A stretch of DNA of 63,531 nt, filler included. It is 6 parts of 6 records of this genome, joined end to end, with 100 filler letters (N's around TTAATTAATTAA, not from the genome) between each part and the next. Parts side by side here need not be neighbours in the genome. Positions count along the whole stretch, not along the records: positions 39,101 to 63,531 come from SRR31156797_14608; 5 more parts are not named here. One strand, given 5' to 3'. Every line of letters starts with the position of its first letter. The first letter of the stretch is position 1. Made by a program: the position numbers and the translations under genes. This document shows, piece after piece, positions 60,550 through 63,531 of the stretch. The notes beneath the pieces are model-generated. The model saw nothing but the letters and a program-made list of their open reading frames with translations. It was not told the DNA's origin and searched no databases.

Positions 60550-61494
60550 ATGTACCAAAGACAACAAGAACTAATGCTCATAGAGAGATACAAAGGACGT
60601 ACTCCGGCTGACGTGACAAACTTGATCAGAAAAGACATCTCACAACTCTTTCCTAAAAGCGTCCTCGCCAAATCATTGATTATCCTTCACAAATGCAATT
60701 CGTGGTCAAAATTGGGCAAAAAAATAAAATGGCTTTCCAGCACTACTGAATACGGAGAACAAGAAGATTTTATTAACGACCTATACTCCGCATTCCTAAT
60801 TATAAAAGCCAACGGGGATAAAATATTTGCCCTAAAAAAAAGAACAAACAAATTTCTTGGGCACTTCACTACTTGTCCCCATTGTTGGCGCTTTGTTTTC
60901 AAGCGTTACAACAAAATCAAAAAAGCCCCTTATTGCTGCTTCCACAAATCCGGTTGTGCTGAATACCAAAGTCACCGACGGGCCCTTTTACGCCTCGCAA
61001 AAATCGGGAAAATACCGAGGCTACAGGAGCTTCGGAGCCTCTACCTAAAACGCACTCAAAACGTACTTCACATTTGGCCCCCTAACTACATCAATTTAAA
61101 ATCCAAAGGAATCCTTGCGCCTGAGGAATACGAGCCTGTCGAGCATGACCTCACAGAGATATGGCCCCATCTTCCTCTTACCAAAGAATTTATTTGCAAA
61201 ACAGGAGGCGACATTCGCAATATCGAATCCGTAATATCGGCGCTTGATCCTGTCGATAGAATTGACCCTAATGATATGTGGGATAAAAATGATACCGAAG
61301 GTGCTGCATTTGTCCGCGAAAAACGACTCCTGCTCCACCAAATCATTATTCGTGACGCTAGTTTATACAAATGGGAATTTAGCCAAGCTGAAGCCTGGCT
61401 CAAACTCCAGCAGGAAGTACGTTCATCAAAAGGAGGCCCAAAACCAAACGCAGGAGGGCAACGTATAGGGGCTGGCAGACCGAAAAAACAATGA
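60550..61494 (+). CDS. Hypothetical basic protein with Cys/His cluster and AT-hook-like C-terminus
   Basis: CPHCWR...YCCFH; ends GGQRIGAGRPKKQ. Confidence 0.7.
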   Translation: MYQRQQELMLIERYKGRTPADVTNLIRKDISQLFPKSVLAKSLIILHKCNSWSKLGKKIKWLSSTTEYGEQEDFINDLYSAFLIIKANGDKIFALKKRTNKFLGHFTTCPHCWRFVFKRYNKIKKAPYCCFHKSGCAEYQSHRRALLRLAKIGKIPRLQELRSLYLKRTQNVLHIWPPNYINLKSKGILAPEEYEPVEHDLTEIWPHLPLTKEFICKTGGDIRNIESVISALDPVDRIDPNDMWDKNDTEGAAFVREKRLLLHQIIIRDASLYKWEFSQAEAWLKLQQEVRSSKGGPKPNAGGQRIGAGRPKKQ

Positions 61495-61929
61495 CCATTT
61501 TCTTCTACATATTTGACGATGGGCCCCCTTCAACTTACCAATGAAAAGATAATTCTCTGTTTAAAACCAGCTATTTATCCCAAAATCAAGACACACGGAA
61601 CACAGAATTATTGTATCTACACAACCAACCGTATTCATCACGATGCATCACGATCAATCACAATGGTTGTAGTCGCTGAGCAGCAACAGACTCCAACAAA
61701 TGCTGTATGTCTTCGACCACAAATCGGACCTAGGGGACCTCATTCACCCTGAACTTCCCTGATTCATCTCGATTCATCAAAAACAATCAAGCCGTTGAAT
61801 TTAAAGAATAACTTGAAAAAACTTACCAGCCTGATATTATCCCTCCACCTTCCAGAATGAACAAGCGATACTGGCAGAAGCAGAAGCCTCAGAACTCAAT
61901 GTGTCCTGGCGTACCATTGAGTATAATTA

Positions 61930-62160
61930 ATGACCTTCTGCCCCCTATGGGCGGAACGCCACCTGACCGCATTACATAGGCAGGATGACCGCCACATCCT
62001 GCTGGTTGGTTCTTCATACTGAACCTCGGTTATGAGATGAACAGGAAAGCGAAACCGAACCGCGAACCAAAGAGTCATCCGGCCCAGAAACCGCCCTCTC
62101 ACCAGGGTCTATATTCCTAACCAGCATTCGAACTGGGCGCTGTTCGGCAACCTTCATCAT
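61930..62160 (+). ncRNA. Candidate structured leader RNA upstream of xis-int
   Basis: Follows TATAAT (61922-27); hairpins at 61936-56 and 61980-62002; long-range pair 62000-09 with 62117-26. Confidence 0.4.
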
Positions 62161-62170
62161 GGAGGCTGCT

Positions 62171-62395
62171 ATGCAGTATCAAAATAACCAAGCACTCTTA
62201 CCTAACCTCTTTACAATTCAAGACGCCGCAACCTTTCTGCGCGTCCACCGTTCCACCATTTCTCGTATCATTTCCACTGGCGATTTACCCTGCATCAGAG
62301 TAAGATCACGCAAGCTGATCCGAGAGCAGGATTTGCTAGCGTTCATTGACAGCCAAATCGGAATTGAAACGGGCGGAAGCTCGCAGGAGTACTAG
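62171..62395 (+). CDS. Excisionase-family HTH protein
   Basis: FTIQDAATFLRVHRSTI.R.I..G.LP.IRV....LI...DL.AF; GGAGG SD; directly before the integrase. Confidence 0.85.
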   Translation: MQYQNNQALLPNLFTIQDAATFLRVHRSTISRIISTGDLPCIRVRSRKLIREQDLLAFIDSQIGIETGGSSQEY

Positions 62396-62398
62396 CCC

Positions 62399-63523
62399 AT
62401 GGCTACAGTAACCATTGCGAAATGCCCCAGAAAAAAGACCAAAGATGTATACCGTGTAGACTTCTACTGCCCGGAAACACAAATGAAAAAATATTACGGC
62501 ACGTTCAAGAGAAAAAGCGATGCGAAAGCGGCAAAAGCCAAACTTGAAGTTACAATAGATGGCGGAGAATTAATTGAGATGCCAAGGGCCAACAGGTCCT
62601 TACGAAACAAGACCGTCAATCACTTCTGTGATCTCAAAGAAAAAGAGTGGAAAAGACGCAAACAAGAAGGGAGTCTCAGCCCTGTCACAGCTTCAGGATA
62701 TATAGGCCGTCTGAAACGAATCCGAAAAACGTTTGGAAGAAAGCTGATCGGGACGATTACCGAAGAACTCCTTCTCGACTTCCGAGCCAAAGAAGCTCAT
62801 CGCAACTCCCCAGCCTCGGCGAATCGGTATCTGTTCGTTGTTCAACAAGTAATAAAGCTGGCATCGAAAGAAAAGGCGATCACTACTGATCCGTCTGCCT
62901 CAATCCCGAAATTAAGCGAAAAACAACATGAACGGAAAGTATTCCTCACCCCTAACGAGGTTGAGATATTACTCGAACAAGCTAGAAAACAAAAAACACG
63001 ACACTACATGGTGCTGGCGATTCTGCTTGCCGTAGAGCATGGATGTGCTCGCCAAGAGATACTTGACCTCAAATGGTCCCAAATTGACCTGGGCTTTCAA
63101 GACACAGGAGCAATCAACTTCTACCGCACCAAAAATAAGAACGACAGGCTTCACTCAATTATGCCGAGAACGAGAGAAGCCTTGCTTGAGCGAAAGGCCC
63201 ACCTTGAGAAGATGAGAAAACAGCGTGGAATCGAAGTGAAAAACGAGCATGTTGTCGGGAAACTCAATGGCTGTAGGTCCACCAACTTCAACAAGGCTTG
63301 GCGGACCATCCGTGACGCATGCGGCTTCAACAAGAAGCTCAACTTCCATGACCACCGCCACACTTATTGTACCAACATCGTGCTGGCGGGCGGGTCAACA
63401 AAACACGCAGCATCCATGATCGGCCATAATGATCCGCGTATGACCGAGCGTTATACCAACCTCGAGAACTTGCTCCACAACCCGGTACAGGACAAGTTGG
63501 CCGCACACTATCAAAATACATAA
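62399..63523 (+). CDS. Tyrosine recombinase/integrase
   Basis: ASANRYL, HGCARQEIL.L.W..ID, TKN, FHDHRHT, IGH...MTERY. Confidence 0.93.
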   Translation: MATVTIAKCPRKKTKDVYRVDFYCPETQMKKYYGTFKRKSDAKAAKAKLEVTIDGGELIEMPRANRSLRNKTVNHFCDLKEKEWKRRKQEGSLSPVTASGYIGRLKRIRKTFGRKLIGTITEELLLDFRAKEAHRNSPASANRYLFVVQQVIKLASKEKAITTDPSASIPKLSEKQHERKVFLTPNEVEILLEQARKQKTRHYMVLAILLAVEHGCARQEILDLKWSQIDLGFQDTGAINFYRTKNKNDRLHSIMPRTREALLERKAHLEKMRKQRGIEVKNEHVVGKLNGCRSTNFNKAWRTIRDACGFNKKLNFHDHRHTYCTNIVLAGGSTKHAASMIGHNDPRMTERYTNLENLLHNPVQDKLAAHYQNT

Positions 63524-63531
63524 AAATCCCA

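Larger units (their letters stand above)
44934..63531. mobile_element. Integrative defence island (boundaries uncertain)
   Basis: Type I R-M with nested accessory genes, HipBA, AlpA, xis and int at the right end. No att site seen. The T1SS genes may or may not belong to it. Confidence 0.7.

Noticed and set aside
61513-62102. ORFs 61513-61752 and 61896-62102
   Set aside because: Short, no motifs, weak starts; more likely non-coding regulatory DNA.

Overview
The window is not one genome. It is six unrelated contigs joined by 100-nt spacers (44 N + TTAATTAATTAA + 44 N) at 8663-8762, 15696-15795, 22691-22790, 27927-28026 and 39001-39100. Taxonomic hints are inferred from protein style only. (1) 1-8662, low-GC bacterium with myxobacteria-like lipoproteins: rseC-rnfB-rnfC, a Cys-repeat/vWA lipoprotein and three tandem TonB-C/AgmX-PglI lipoproteins. 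(2) 8763-15695, Methanosarcinaceae-like archaeon: HD hydrolase, methyltransferase, SlyD, form II/III RuBisCO with the assembly-domain insert, and a P2A ATPase. (3) 15796-22690, probably a spirochaete: TPM proteins and a coupled aminotransferase-iorA-iorB-ADP-forming acyl-CoA ligase operon. (4) 22791-27926, Bacteroidales-like: a rhodanese lipoprotein ending in GGC, two convergent Crp/Fnr regulators each preceded by a matching box (FNR-type and CRP-type), an MBL hydrolase and a GH97. (5) 28027-39000, Fusobacteriota-like: pnp and rpsO with structured leaders, divergent PII/amtB, and housekeeping genes up to tgt. (6) 39101-63531, Desulfovibrionaceae-like: RTX-T1SS-glycosyltransferase followed by an integrase-terminated defence island. 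There are two best candidates for an undescribed system. One is a GIY-YIG/DUF4357 nuclease plus an alkyltransferase-like (ATL-fold) protein nested between hsdS and hsdR. The other is a 3.8-kb cassette (anchorless VirD4/TraD-like ATPase, Zn-finger partner, serine-less resolvase, membrane protein, orphan controller protein with a C-box) bounded by two palindromic direct repeats.
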